From positions 1 to 64,000 of the forward strand of contig BEHE01000005.1 of assembly GCA_002898395.1 (NCBI GenBank): 64,000 bases of DNA. Direction: 5' to 3'. Below the pieces are notes generated by a model that was given only the letters and a program-made list of their open reading frames with translations, was not told the origin of the DNA and did not search any database. This DNA comes from Candidatus Calditenuaceae archaeon HR02. Lineage in GTDB: Archaea; Thermoproteota; Nitrososphaeria_A; Caldarchaeales; Calditenuaceae. Numbering within the stretch: the first letter of the stretch is position 1; the number at the start of each line of letters is the position of its first letter. Below are positions 30,356-40,166 of the stretch, piece after piece. A program made the position numbers and the translations under genes.

Positions 30356-31609
30356 CTATTTCACGATGACGTCCATTATGCCGGGGCCGATTCCGATATA
30401 CCTGACGGCTATCCCGAGCTCCTCCTCGACCCTCTCCAGGTATCGGCGGGCGGCCCTATGGAGGGCGCCGTATCCCTCCCTCCTCAGCCTCTCCCTCTCC
30501 GCCTCATCGATCCGAGGCCACCCCTCAAGCTCAAGGTAAATCGGATTCACACTCCTTAGATCCTTGACCTTCTCTGGGTACGACTCTCCCACACCCTCAT
30601 ACTTTACACATAGTTTCACCCTTTCCAGCCCTGAGAGTGTATCGACCCGTGTCAGAAATATTTGGTCAGCGTCGTTGAGCATGCATGCGTATCTGAGCTG
30701 CGGCATATCAAGCCAACCGATCCTCCTCGGCCTCCCAGTCGTTGCTCCATACTCACCCCCCCTCTCCCTTATCATATCTGCTACTGGTCCTGCTATCTCG
30801 GTGGGGAAAGGCCCAGCCCCGACCCTGGTAGTATACGCCTTTGCAACTCCCACCACTGAGGCTATAGACCTTAACCCGACGCCAGAACCTATGGCTGCTG
30901 AGGCAGAGGTGGTGTGGCTGGAGGTGACGTAGGGGTATGTGCCATGATCTATGTCGAGCATGGTCCCCTGAGCACCTTCGAAAACAACTGTCCCACCACT
31001 TGAGAGCTTGTCTCTAATCAGTGAAGAGACATCCCCGACCATTCCCCTGACCTGCTCGGCAAGACCCCTCATCTTCCCCAAGATCTCTTCGGGGTTAAAG
31101 GGGATCACGCCGCCCCAGAGCCTCACCCAGACCTTTACTATGTCGCCAATATCTTCTGCATCCAGTACGTCACATAACCTCAGCCCCAGTCTACCATACT
31201 TGTGGAGGGCTGTTGGGCCAATGCCCCTTCGCGTAGTACCTATCGACCCTCCACCCCTCAGCTCTTCCATCTTGGCGTCAAGGCCTACCTGTAGGGGGGT
31301 TACGAGGTGTGCCCGAGGACTCACAACTACCCCCACCTTGCCCACCACCTCTTCCAGCCTCGCGATGTCCCGTAGCATCTCCTCTAGGTCGAGGTAGACG
31401 CCAGGACCTATTGCGGCCGACTTAGTCGAGATCGTTGCCGCCGGGAGTATGTGGAGGCTGAGTGTCCTGTCGGGTAGCGTGACGGTGTGGCCGGCGTTGG
31501 CCCCCCCATTGAACCTCACTGCCAGAGACGCCCCCCTCGCTAGGTATGCTGATACCTTGCCTTTTCCCTCGTCCCCCCACTGCAGACCCACTACGACTAT
31601 TCCCGGCAT
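30356..31609 (-). CDS. purA: Adenylosuccinate synthetase
   Basis: QWGDEGKGK, GGANAGH, EGAQG, GATTGRPRR. Confidence 0.97.
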   Translation of the reverse strand: MPGIVVVGLQWGDEGKGKVSAYLARGASLAVRFNGGANAGHTVTLPDRTLSLHILPAATISTKSAAIGPGVYLDLEEMLRDIARLEEVVGKVGVVVSPRAHLVTPLQVGLDAKMEELRGGGSIGTTRRGIGPTALHKYGRLGLRLCDVLDAEDIGDIVKVWVRLWGGVIPFNPEEILGKMRGLAEQVRGMVGDVSSLIRDKLSSGGTVVFEGAQGTMLDIDHGTYPYVTSSHTTSASAAIGSGVGLRSIASVVGVAKAYTTRVGAGPFPTEIAGPVADMIRERGGEYGATTGRPRRIGWLDMPQLRYACMLNDADQIFLTRVDTLSGLERVKLCVKYEGVGESYPEKVKDLRSVNPIYLELEGWPRIDEAERERLRREGYGALHRAARRYLERVEEELGIAVRYIGIGPGIMDVIVK

Positions 31610-31610
31610 G

Positions 31611-33062
31611 CTATACTATCCGCTCAACGTCATGTGGTAGCGACTCGAGGTATGAGGCGTGGGTAATCTGTATGAACACTGCATTCCTCCTCAGCTCGGG
31701 AATCGTCCTCGCACCAAGGTAGCTCATCCCAGACTTCAGACCATTCACCAACTGTTTTATCACGTCTGATGCTGAGCCCTTATAGTCGACGTATGCCTCA
31801 ATACCCTCTGCCATATAGGAATAGTCGGCTACCTCATCGAGTGGCACATCGCCGGCCGACCTTGTCTCTCTGCTAAGCATCGCGTAGAAGGAGGCCATGC
31901 CCCTGTAGACCTTGCTCTTCCTTCCGTTCCTAACAACAATGGCGCCTGGGCTCTCATCTGTCCCCGCTAGGAGCATGCCTATCATCACGGTGGAGGCTCC
32001 CCCCGCTAAGGCCTTCACCAAGTCAGCCGAGCTCCTGATCCCCCCGTCAGCCATCATGGGGGCCCCTGTCCTCTCCGATGCTTCAGCACAGCTTAGGATT
32101 GCCGTGAGCTGTGGAACACCTACGCCTGCGACTATTCTCGTAGTGCATACGGCGCCAGGGCCTATGCCTACCTTTACACAGTCAGCATAGGCGGCCAGGT
32201 CCTCGAACCCCTCAGGCGTGGCAACGTTCCCGGCTATTATCTCCACGTCATCACCGAGCTCTTTTCGAAGCGTCTTAAGGGCGTTTAACACGAGTTCTGT
32301 ATGTCCATGCGCTACATCCACCACCAGCACGTCGGCCTCCGCCTCGACTAGGGCGCGAGCCCTCTCGAGGAAGTCTCCCTTAACACCAATAGCAGCCCCG
32401 ACCATCATCCGCCCCTTAGCATCTCGCGAGGAGTGTGGGTAGAGTCCCCGAGACCTGATGTCCTTCGCCGTTATCAGACCCTTGATCCTCCAGCCCTCAT
32501 CAACGATTGGGATCTTCTCGACCTTGTGCTTCCTTATAAGCTCCACAGCCTCCTCTGTAGTTACTCCCTCGCGAGCGGCTACAAGCCTGCTCCTAGGAGT
32601 CATCACCTCATCCACGCGGGTCTCATCTCTCTCAAACATTATGTCACGCACGGTGACTATGCCATGTACCCGCCTCTCAGCGTCAACAACAATCAAGCCT
32701 GACACGCCTCTAACTTCCATCTCCCGCCGCGCCTCACCGACTGTGGACCCCAACAGTATGGTGTAGGGGTCGTCGATTACTATCCCCTCAGCTCTCTTCA
32801 CCTTAAGGACCTCTGCGACCTGCTGTTTAATCGGCATGAACCTGTGTATGACGCCGAGACCTCCTTCCCTCGCCATTGCAATGGCCATCTTGCTCTCAGT
32901 AACAGTGTCCATTGCAGCTGAGACTATCGGAATGTTGATCGTGAGCTTCCTAGTTAGCTTCGTGACCGTGGACGCCTCACTTCTTGACTTTAGCGTCGAA
33001 AACCTAGGCACCAGCAGTACATCGTCAAACGTTAAGCCCGGGCCTTCCCAGAAGGATGCCAC
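31611..33062 (-). CDS. guaB: IMP dehydrogenase
   Basis: TFDDVLL, SAAMDTVT, CBS pair, GIGPGAVCTTR, YRGMAS. Confidence 0.97.
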   Translation of the reverse strand: MASFWEGPGLTFDDVLLVPRFSTLKSRSEASTVTKLTRKLTINIPIVSAAMDTVTESKMAIAMAREGGLGVIHRFMPIKQQVAEVLKVKRAEGIVIDDPYTILLGSTVGEARREMEVRGVSGLIVVDAERRVHGIVTVRDIMFERDETRVDEVMTPRSRLVAAREGVTTEEAVELIRKHKVEKIPIVDEGWRIKGLITAKDIRSRGLYPHSSRDAKGRMMVGAAIGVKGDFLERARALVEAEADVLVVDVAHGHTELVLNALKTLRKELGDDVEIIAGNVATPEGFEDLAAYADCVKVGIGPGAVCTTRIVAGVGVPQLTAILSCAEASERTGAPMMADGGIRSSADLVKALAGGASTVMIGMLLAGTDESPGAIVVRNGRKSKVYRGMASFYAMLSRETRSAGDVPLDEVADYSYMAEGIEAYVDYKGSASDVIKQLVNGLKSGMSYLGARTIPELRRNAVFIQITHASYLESLPHDVERIV

Positions 33063-33172
33063 CTAATCCCTTCAGATTGAGGCGGCTCGCCACGCTTTAA
33101 ATATTTTCACCCGCACTATGTGCTAGCCCGTCGCCCCCGGTTATAAGTCAGCCCTCCAGTGGATAGAGGGGG

Positions 33173-33790
33173 TTGAGGAGCAGGGTTAAGGGTGTTGTCG
33201 CTGTCCTGCTGAGGGACAATGCGAAGGCGTCAAAGGTGCTGGAGGCTTTTCGGCGTCTCGACATCCAGGCCATCTGGGTCACGGCCCCGGAAGAGATTCC
33301 ACTCACAGTGAAGGTGGTAGTAGCCAGTATGGAGGAAGGACTGGCCATACCCGCTCATCTGAAAATACTCTACGTAGAGGACTATCGCTCACATGACTGC
33401 ATCGCCCTACAAGCGGCCTCTAGCCTCGGGCCCAACAGGCCGCAAACATCTCTCGACGTCGCAATAGACCCTGGCCGGAGATTAGGCGTGGTCTACGTGG
33501 TGGATGGCTACGTGGTGAAGACCCACACCTACCCTAGCATAGATGCCTTTGAGGAGGACTGTAGGATGGCTGTTGAATGCCTAGGGAATGGTAGGCGCCT
33601 CGCCTTCTACATTGGATACAGGCCCGAAGCACTAACTCACGAGCTCGTAGCAAGGCTCAAAAAACACTACCCCACAGCCACCATACTCGTTTTACCCGAC
33701 GACGGGACAGGGCCAGAGTTTAAGGGCCTAAGTCCAGATGAAGAATCAGCGCTCAAGATTTATTTCAAGGCAACCTCTGAGAATATCTGA
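33173..33790 (+). CDS. Hypothetical protein with a C-terminal RNase H-like (YqgF-like) motif
   Basis: VAIDPGRRLGVV and DEESA resemble RNase H-fold acidic motifs. Confidence 0.65.
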   Translation: MRSRVKGVVAVLLRDNAKASKVLEAFRRLDIQAIWVTAPEEIPLTVKVVVASMEEGLAIPAHLKILYVEDYRSHDCIALQAASSLGPNRPQTSLDVAIDPGRRLGVVYVVDGYVVKTHTYPSIDAFEEDCRMAVECLGNGRRLAFYIGYRPEALTHELVARLKKHYPTATILVLPDDGTGPEFKGLSPDEESALKIYFKATSENI

Positions 33791-33835
33791 AGGCGGGCGC
33801 CTTACCCTTAACCCTCTCCCGGGTCGATTAGATGG

Positions 33836-33928
33836 GCGGCCGTGGTCTAGCCAGGTATGACGGCGGGGCCCCGAGCCATGGGCGACGGGTACGCCCGCAA
33901 GTCCCGGGTTCAAATCCCGGCGGCCGCA
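33836..33928 (+). tRNA. tRNA-Gly(CCC) with a 19-nt BHB intron at 37/38 (33874-33892); atypical anticodon loop
   Basis: GCGGCCG/CGGCCGC-A acceptor, GTC..GAC D stem, GCGGG/CCCGC anticodon stem, CCGGG-TTCAAAT-CCCGG T arm; central helix GCCC/GGGT flanked by 3-nt bulges. Confidence 0.85.
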
Positions 33929-34099
33929 ATTTTAATAATTATGGCCTTTTCAATGTGGCAAGTGTGAAGGGATAAAGGGGGAGGGGACAGGTTTTCGTCT
34001 GAGCTTCATCATATTCCCGCCGATACCTATCTGTAACTTATCACAAATCTCCCACCAGTTCTTCCTTTCTCTTATTTCATCCATGCAATGCCTATCTTC

Positions 34100-34410
34100 C
34101 TTATTGAGAATTCGATGAGACGCTTTTCCCAGGTATAGGTGTTCTGGCGTAATCGAGGAACTTCTGATAGTCCTCTCGATGGACGACATAGAATAAAAAC
34201 CCTTCTTAGATTCTACCCACATCCATCTCCTCAATGCCATTGTTCGCTATCCTTCATAGCCATTAGTATTAGTTGACTAGTCCTTATCCCTAGCCCAGCA
34301 AGAAGTTTTCTGATGTATTCGAGTAATTCGACATCGGTGTTCGTGTAGGCTGGCATCAATCCTACTCCACCACCATCGAAGAATCCTCTTCGGAATCCCA
34401 GTCTCGCATC
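34100..34410 (-). pseudogene. Degraded LAGLIDADG endonuclease
   Basis: GFRRGFFDGGG..NTDVELLEYIRKLL..LGI, then REDYQKFLDY..IP in another frame. Confidence 0.65.
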
Positions 34411-34414
34411 GGGG

Positions 34415-34558
34415 TTGGAGAGATGCCTCCCCGCCGCTCGTAGTGGCACGTATGGTAGGTGATTTAAATACCCCTCAAAATGCCAACAATACATAAACAC
34501 AGAGCAAGCCAGATGCCCTAGATGCAACACAAAACAAAGAAACAAGGCAAGAAGATAA
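34415..34558 (+). pseudogene. Zinc-finger microprotein copy with an internal TGA (34460)
   Basis: ..SGTYGR*FKYPSKCQQYINTEQARCPRCNTKQRNKARR; nucleotide homology to 48782-48905 (minus strand). Confidence 0.6.
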
Positions 34559-34658
34559 TGGATGTTGGGAGGGAGTGGTGTGGAAAATTAGGCAGAATCA
34601 GGGTGATGGGAAAGGTAATTAGCAGCGTCTATCTCCATTCACCTCGGTGTAGGAAGGG

Positions 34659-35045
34659 TTGGGGAGGAAAAGGAGGAAGATAATACGTAGAACGGCCAGG
34701 GCTCCTCCGAAGGTTTTTGCATGCCCTCTTTGCGGGGCCCAGGCCGTCACTGTTACCCAGGTCATGAGGTTCAGAGCAGTAGTTTCGTGCGGCAAGTGCG
34801 GCGTTAGCCATGAAGTTCCTTGGCTGAAGAGCTACATGCCCGTCGACGCATATTCAACCTGGTACGACATTGTAACAGGCCGTGTCAGCCCTGAGAAGGT
34901 TAGGGAGAAGATAGAGAGGTTGGAGGCCGTAGAGGTTGAGGCGCTTCAGTCAGAATCAGGCGAGCCCGTTGAGGTAGTAGAGGAGGGTGACGAGCTCGGA
35001 GCCGCTGACTCTGGCGGGAGTGGTGTGGAAAACAGGGAGTCATGA
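34659..35045 (+). CDS. elf1: Transcription elongation factor Elf1 with an acidic tail
   Basis: MGRKRRK..FACPLC..CGKC..PVDAYS.WYD. Confidence 0.88.
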   Translation: MGRKRRKIIRRTARAPPKVFACPLCGAQAVTVTQVMRFRAVVSCGKCGVSHEVPWLKSYMPVDAYSTWYDIVTGRVSPEKVREKIERLEAVEVEALQSESGEPVEVVEEGDELGAADSGGSGVENRES

Positions 35046-35851
35046 GCCACGGCGAGATTGGATTCAGGATAGGAAAGACTGAGAACTACCTGATAAACAA
35101 GCTGAGAGAGAAGGGATTCGTGCATCTGACCCTCTTCGATCCAGAGGTACTAGATACGAAGAACTTGGCAAGAGTCGCCGAGAGGTCGGAGGAGTTGGGT
35201 ACGGATGGGTTCATGGTGGGCGGCTCGACAGTATACTTTAAAGAGATGATGGATGAAGCGATAAAGGCGATAAAGTCTGTATCCAATCTGCCGGTGATAA
35301 TTTTCCCGAGCAACATTACATCCCTTAGCCCTTACGCAGACGCGGTCTTCTACATGTCGCTACTCAACTCATTGGAGTGGTGGTTTATCCTTGGAGCACA
35401 GATCCACGGCTCCTTCATGGTTAAGGAATATCGACTTGAGCCAATACCTGTTGGATATGTTGTGATTAAGGGTGAGACAAGTGTTGCCACTGTGGGGCGG
35501 GCTTTTCCCCTCCCCGAGAATAAGCCCAACATAGTTGCGAGCTATGCGCTTGCAGCCCAGATGCTGGGTATGCGGCTAATCTATCTGGAGGCAGGGTCCG
35601 GAGCAGAGTCCCCAATACCCCCAGACCTCATCCGTGTTGTTAGGAAGACAGTTGATATACCTTTAATCGTGGGCGGCGGTATAAGGTCCGGCCAAGCAGC
35701 GGCACAGGCCATCCGGGCTGGAGCAGACATCATTGTAACTGGCACCTTAGCCGAGCACGACCCACAAAAGCTGGCCGAGGTGGTAGAATACTCCAGAGAA
35801 GCGGCTAGGGAAAGGGCTCCGGCCCTATCAAGATATATCGGTGCGCGATAG
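35042..35851 (+). CDS. Geranylgeranylglyceryl phosphate synthase
   Basis: LFDPE, MVGGS, FPSN, YLEAGSGA, VGGGIRS. Confidence 0.95.
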   Translation: MSHGEIGFRIGKTENYLINKLREKGFVHLTLFDPEVLDTKNLARVAERSEELGTDGFMVGGSTVYFKEMMDEAIKAIKSVSNLPVIIFPSNITSLSPYADAVFYMSLLNSLEWWFILGAQIHGSFMVKEYRLEPIPVGYVVIKGETSVATVGRAFPLPENKPNIVASYALAAQMLGMRLIYLEAGSGAESPIPPDLIRVVRKTVDIPLIVGGGIRSGQAAAQAIRAGADIIVTGTLAEHDPQKLAEVVEYSREAARERAPALSRYIGAR

Positions 35852-35908
35852 TAGCCTGTAAAGCTCAGCCTTCTTTATAACTAACCTCCCACTAAGGCCT
35901 CTAGGTAG

Positions 35909-38900
35909 TTGGGGGAGGAAAGAAGCTCATACCTCTCCGAGATAATGGAGAGGGTGAAGAGGGAGTACGAGGTTGCAAGGGAGTTTAGGCGAAGGGTTCA
36001 GCAACCGACAGGTGACGTTGAGGTCAAGATAGCCTATGACATGGCTGAGAGGATTGAGCTTCTTGTAGGGCCTCCAGGTGTAGCGGCCATCATAAGAGAG
36101 CTTAAACAGGGATGCGACCCAGAGATAGTACCCTTCCGCCTCATAGATCGCCTATACAGCGACTCAAGAGAGCCTGACCCATCCAAGCTCACCCAGATCC
36201 TCCGCGCCGCACTGGCTATGATGACGCCTCCCGGAACAACAGCCGCACCCAACGAGGGCATAGTCGGCGTAAAAATAAAGCAGAACAACGACGGCACAAG
36301 CTACATGGCTGTCTACTACGCGGGCCCTATAAGGTCAGCTGGAGGCACTGAGATTGCAGGCTCAGTCGTCCTGGCCGATTACTTGAGGAAGGTGGCGGGG
36401 CTCTCACCCTACAGGGCAACAGAGGAGGAGGTGATGCGTTTCATCGAAGAGATCCGGACCTACAGGAGAAAGGTCGGTAATTTTCAGTACAATGTGCCGG
36501 AGGACGTTTTACGATATGTTCTCCACAGGCTTCCGATAGAGATCACAGGTATTGCGACTGACAACATTCCCGTTTCAAGCTTTAGAGACTTGAATAGGGT
36601 TGAAACTCCCTATCTTAGAGGTGGAGCCCTTAGGGTTGTCAACGACGGCGTTGTGGGTAGGGCCAGAAAGCTCTTGAGGTTGATCGAGACGGCTGGGCTT
36701 GAGGGCTGGGAGTGGCTCCGTGCAGTTCCTGAGATGCTGAAAAAATATGCGCCAGCCCGGAGAGGATCTGTGATCGAGGAGGTGGTTGGGGGAAGGCCCG
36801 TGCTCTCCATGGGAAACATGTTCGGGGGATTCCGCCTACGGTACGGCCGAGCCCCCAACACCTCAATGGCAGCGCTCGGCATCCATCCCTACACCATGAA
36901 GATTCTGAAGGGCTACGTTGCGATAGGGACCCAGCTGAAGACGGACTATCCTGGGAAGGGCGGGGTAGCGATGGCAGTTTCAACCATCGAGCCACCCATA
37001 GTCATGCTTTCCGACACTTCTGTGATAAGGGTGGATTCGGAGCAGAAGCTTGCAGAGGCGGAAGAGAGGCTCAGCAAGGTCCTATTCAACGGGGACATAC
37101 TAGTCAGCTTCGGCGACTGTGTGGAGAACAATGTAAGGCTACAACCGCCGGGATACTGTGAAGAGTATTGGGTGGAGGAGATAGTATCGAATCAGGGCTG
37201 GATGGATATCCTCTCGAAAGACGAAGTAGTTGAGGTTGAGAGGGTCTTGGCAGACCCTTTCACCTACACCCCTAAAGTTGAGGAGGCGTGTAAAATCAGC
37301 GCGAAACTGGGCGTCCCAATCCACCCAAGATACATGCCCTTCTGGGACATGTCCACAGGGGGAGACATCGAAGTCCTCAGACGTTGGCTAAGAACCGCTA
37401 TCCAATCGTCGGCGAGAAGCTCAGGCTACTTCCAACTACCCATAGACAGCAACGCCAAGAGAATTCTAGAATCAATGCTCATAGAGCACAGGATCCAAGG
37501 TAACAGGATCCAAGTCTCAAAGGAATGGGTCAAGGCGCTAATCTTCCTATTCAGACCCTTCAAGGACATTGACGTCTCAGGCATGAGTTTGGGCGAGGCT
37601 GTTGAGAGACTTTCAGGGACTCCATACCGCCCACGGATGGGTACCGTTCTCACTGTGAGGGTTGGCCGGCCAGAGAAGGCTAGGCAGAGGCGCTTGAAAC
37701 CCCCGGTACACCTCCTTTATCCCCTAGGATTAGCTGGCGGTGCAATGCGCGACGTAGTGAAGGCTGCTGAGCACGAAAACCTATCCCTAGAACTAGTATC
37801 ACGGATATGTATGACCTGTGGTGAAAGGACTTGGCGCGGCGTCTGCAGCAGGTGTGAGAAACCTACTGTGCCGGTGGCCGACTGTGACCAGTGTGGTTCT
37901 GAGTACATGGAGCCTGAGGGAAAGGTTTGTCCCCGATGTGGACACACCCTAAAAGCCTCAAGGAAGTGGGTGGTGGACCTAAAGGAGGAGCTCCGGAGAG
38001 CGGAGGGCGTGGCGAGGGCTTCAGTAAAAATGTTGAAGGGTGTTAAGAAGCTGACAAGCTGGTCTAAACAGCCAGAAGACCTAGTGAAGGGCATTCTGCG
38101 TGCTTGGCAGGGACTCTATGTCTACAAGGACGGGACAATTAGGTTTGATAGCACAAACGCACCTCTGACACACTTCACTCCTAACCAGATTGGAGTTGAG
38201 CCGGCAAAACTGCGTGCCCTAGGATATGCCTCTGACATTAACGGTGAACCACTCCGCAGCCCCGACCAGCTCCTTGAGCTGAAGATCCAGGATATAGTGA
38301 TACCCTCTGAGCTAGCGGCTCACCTCTACAAGACATCCAAGTTCATCGACAGACTCCTAGCCTGTGTAGGTCTACCAGAATACTACAGATTCAGCTCGCT
38401 TAGTGATGTCATCGGTACTCTGGTCGCCACGCTTTCCCCCCATACATATGGGGCGGTGGTCTGCAGGGTGATTGGCATAACAGGTGCGAGGGTAGTGTAT
38501 GCGCACCCCCTCCTACACGCCGCGAAGCGGCGAGACTGTGACGGGGACGAGGACAGCGTCATGCTCCTACTCGACGTATTCATGAACTTTAGTAGAAAAT
38601 ATCTGCCTGACAAGATTGGGGGGATGATGGATACGCCACTTCTCCTCAACGTGATAGTAGACCCTAGGGAGGTTGACGAGCAATCTCATAATGTTGAAGT
38701 CGTCACTAGATTCCCCCTAGAATTCTACCAGGCGGCTGTGCGTGGCGAGCCTGCGGTTCAGCTGGTTGATAGGATTCGACTTCTCAAGGAGCTGGTCAGT
38801 ATGGGTCCTAATTTAAGAGGGATAAAGTGCATGCGCCACATATCCGTTCTCCAAGGATTCGTGAATAAGTCCACATACACTAAAAAGAGCACCATGATTG

Positions 38901-39298
38901 AGAGGGTTACAGCACAGCTAGAACTATGTAACATGTTAAGCGCTGTGGACCCCAGGCTCGTTGCAGAGAGGGTTATGGCTCATCACGTTCTCCCCGACAT
39001 TATAGGGAACCTGCGCACATATTTCTCACAGTCCTACAGGTGTAAGAGGTGTGGAACTCGTTACAGAAGAATACTCTTGAGGGGTGTCTGCAGGATCTGT
39101 GGTGGAGAGCTGAGCCAAACGGTGTATAGGGGAGCTGTAGAGAAGTATGTTGAACTCGCAACACTCTTGTTGGAGGAGTATATTGAAAATCCGTACTTGA
39201 GGGAGGGGTCTATCAACGCTATTGAGAACATACAGTCTGTCTTTAAGCAAGCACCTGCAAGAAGCCCTCGCCAACTCTCGCTAAAGAGGTATATGTGA
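35909..39298 (+). CDS. polC: DNA polymerase D large subunit DP2
   Basis: AGPIRSAGGT, GGFRLRYGR, KDGTIRFD, HAAKRRDCDGDED, Zn ribbons, C-terminal PIP-like QLSL; no intein seen. Confidence 0.97.
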   Translation: MGEERSSYLSEIMERVKREYEVAREFRRRVQQPTGDVEVKIAYDMAERIELLVGPPGVAAIIRELKQGCDPEIVPFRLIDRLYSDSREPDPSKLTQILRAALAMMTPPGTTAAPNEGIVGVKIKQNNDGTSYMAVYYAGPIRSAGGTEIAGSVVLADYLRKVAGLSPYRATEEEVMRFIEEIRTYRRKVGNFQYNVPEDVLRYVLHRLPIEITGIATDNIPVSSFRDLNRVETPYLRGGALRVVNDGVVGRARKLLRLIETAGLEGWEWLRAVPEMLKKYAPARRGSVIEEVVGGRPVLSMGNMFGGFRLRYGRAPNTSMAALGIHPYTMKILKGYVAIGTQLKTDYPGKGGVAMAVSTIEPPIVMLSDTSVIRVDSEQKLAEAEERLSKVLFNGDILVSFGDCVENNVRLQPPGYCEEYWVEEIVSNQGWMDILSKDEVVEVERVLADPFTYTPKVEEACKISAKLGVPIHPRYMPFWDMSTGGDIEVLRRWLRTAIQSSARSSGYFQLPIDSNAKRILESMLIEHRIQGNRIQVSKEWVKALIFLFRPFKDIDVSGMSLGEAVERLSGTPYRPRMGTVLTVRVGRPEKARQRRLKPPVHLLYPLGLAGGAMRDVVKAAEHENLSLELVSRICMTCGERTWRGVCSRCEKPTVPVADCDQCGSEYMEPEGKVCPRCGHTLKASRKWVVDLKEELRRAEGVARASVKMLKGVKKLTSWSKQPEDLVKGILRAWQGLYVYKDGTIRFDSTNAPLTHFTPNQIGVEPAKLRALGYASDINGEPLRSPDQLLELKIQDIVIPSELAAHLYKTSKFIDRLLACVGLPEYYRFSSLSDVIGTLVATLSPHTYGAVVCRVIGITGARVVYAHPLLHAAKRRDCDGDEDSVMLLLDVFMNFSRKYLPDKIGGMMDTPLLLNVIVDPREVDEQSHNVEVVTRFPLEFYQAAVRGEPAVQLVDRIRLLKELVSMGPNLRGIKCMRHISVLQGFVNKSTYTKKSTMIERVTAQLELCNMLSAVDPRLVAERVMAHHVLPDIIGNLRTYFSQSYRCKRCGTRYRRILLRGVCRICGGELSQTVYRGAVEKYVELATLLLEEYIENPYLREGSINAIENIQSVFKQAPARSPRQLSLKRYM

Positions 39299-39303
39299 GG
39301 GGG

Positions 39304-39630
39304 TTAGACGGTCCTCCTTAAAACGCTCTGCGACTTCTCTTCATGCCTTAAAACCTCCAACTCCCTTCTTACAGCAGATCTAAACAAGAGTGCACCGGTA
39401 AATCCAATTACAGCCCCTATGAAAGCCGTAAGAAGATGGAGGGGGAAATTGGCGAATACCTCCCATCCTAAGGGATCATTATGCTTATTCTCAATAACGA
39501 GTAGGAAAAGCACGGTAGGAACGATGTTTATAGCCACTCCTACTAGTGCGACGACTAGGGCGATGCGTGCCCTCCTGCTTAGGGTGACAGGGGGTCTCTC
39601 GGTCAACTTGGCGGCATACCTAACAATCAA
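39304..39630 (-). CDS. Hypothetical two-TM membrane protein
   Basis: Two hydrophobic segments. Confidence 0.6.
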   Translation of the reverse strand: MIVRYAAKLTERPPVTLSRRARIALVVALVGVAINIVPTVLFLLVIENKHNDPLGWEVFANFPLHLLTAFIGAVIGFTGALLFRSAVRRELEVLRHEEKSQSVLRRTV

Positions 39631-39840
39631 GCATCATATATCTTTTTTGCCACACTGGAGCAGGCTCCCCAATACATACTGCTACGCGTAACACTACACT
39701 CATCCAATCCTGTAACCTACAAAGCCCTACACCGATACCGCCGAGCTTTCTAAACTTTCCGTCGGACTAGCCTCCTAACACAGTGTAGCGACAATTCGGA
39801 GTCAGACTTTTATTTGGGTCTAGCAATACTTTACTGGGTC

Positions 39841-40086
39841 TTGAGCACTGCGACGGGAGTTAGACCGCTCAGTCTCATAATGAACAGCTTCAGCAAGCAG
39901 GTTCGGGTAATGCTGAAGAACGATATATCCTATGTTGGAACACTCGTGGAGGCTGATAACTACATGAACCTCGTCATAAACCGCGGGGTTGAATATCAAA
40001 ACGACGTAAAAAAGGCGAGTTACCCCTACATATTGGTGAGGGGGAATAACGTGCTATACATACAGCTTGACTATACTGAAGAATAG
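39841..40086 (+). CDS. Sm-like archaeal protein (LSm)
   Basis: V.LKN..YVGTL..D.YMNLV and ILVRGNNV (Sm1/Sm2 motifs); upstream of mat. Confidence 0.9.
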   Translation: MSTATGVRPLSLIMNSFSKQVRVMLKNDISYVGTLVEADNYMNLVINRGVEYQNDVKKASYPYILVRGNNVLYIQLDYTEE

Positions 40087-40166
40087 GAAAGCGCTTGTGG
40101 AGCCACTAATTCAACGGTGTGATGGGGGGGTTCCTTTTAAATATAGGCTTTACAGTCGGCTAATCG

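Noticed and set aside
33900-33928. attL/attR duplication of the tRNA 3' end
   Set aside because: No second copy and no integrase seen in the window
34460-34462. In-frame TGA/TAG stops (also 49661) as Sec or Pyl recoding
   Set aside because: The paralog has Gly at 34460, and these loci carry other frameshifts and stops, so decay explains them
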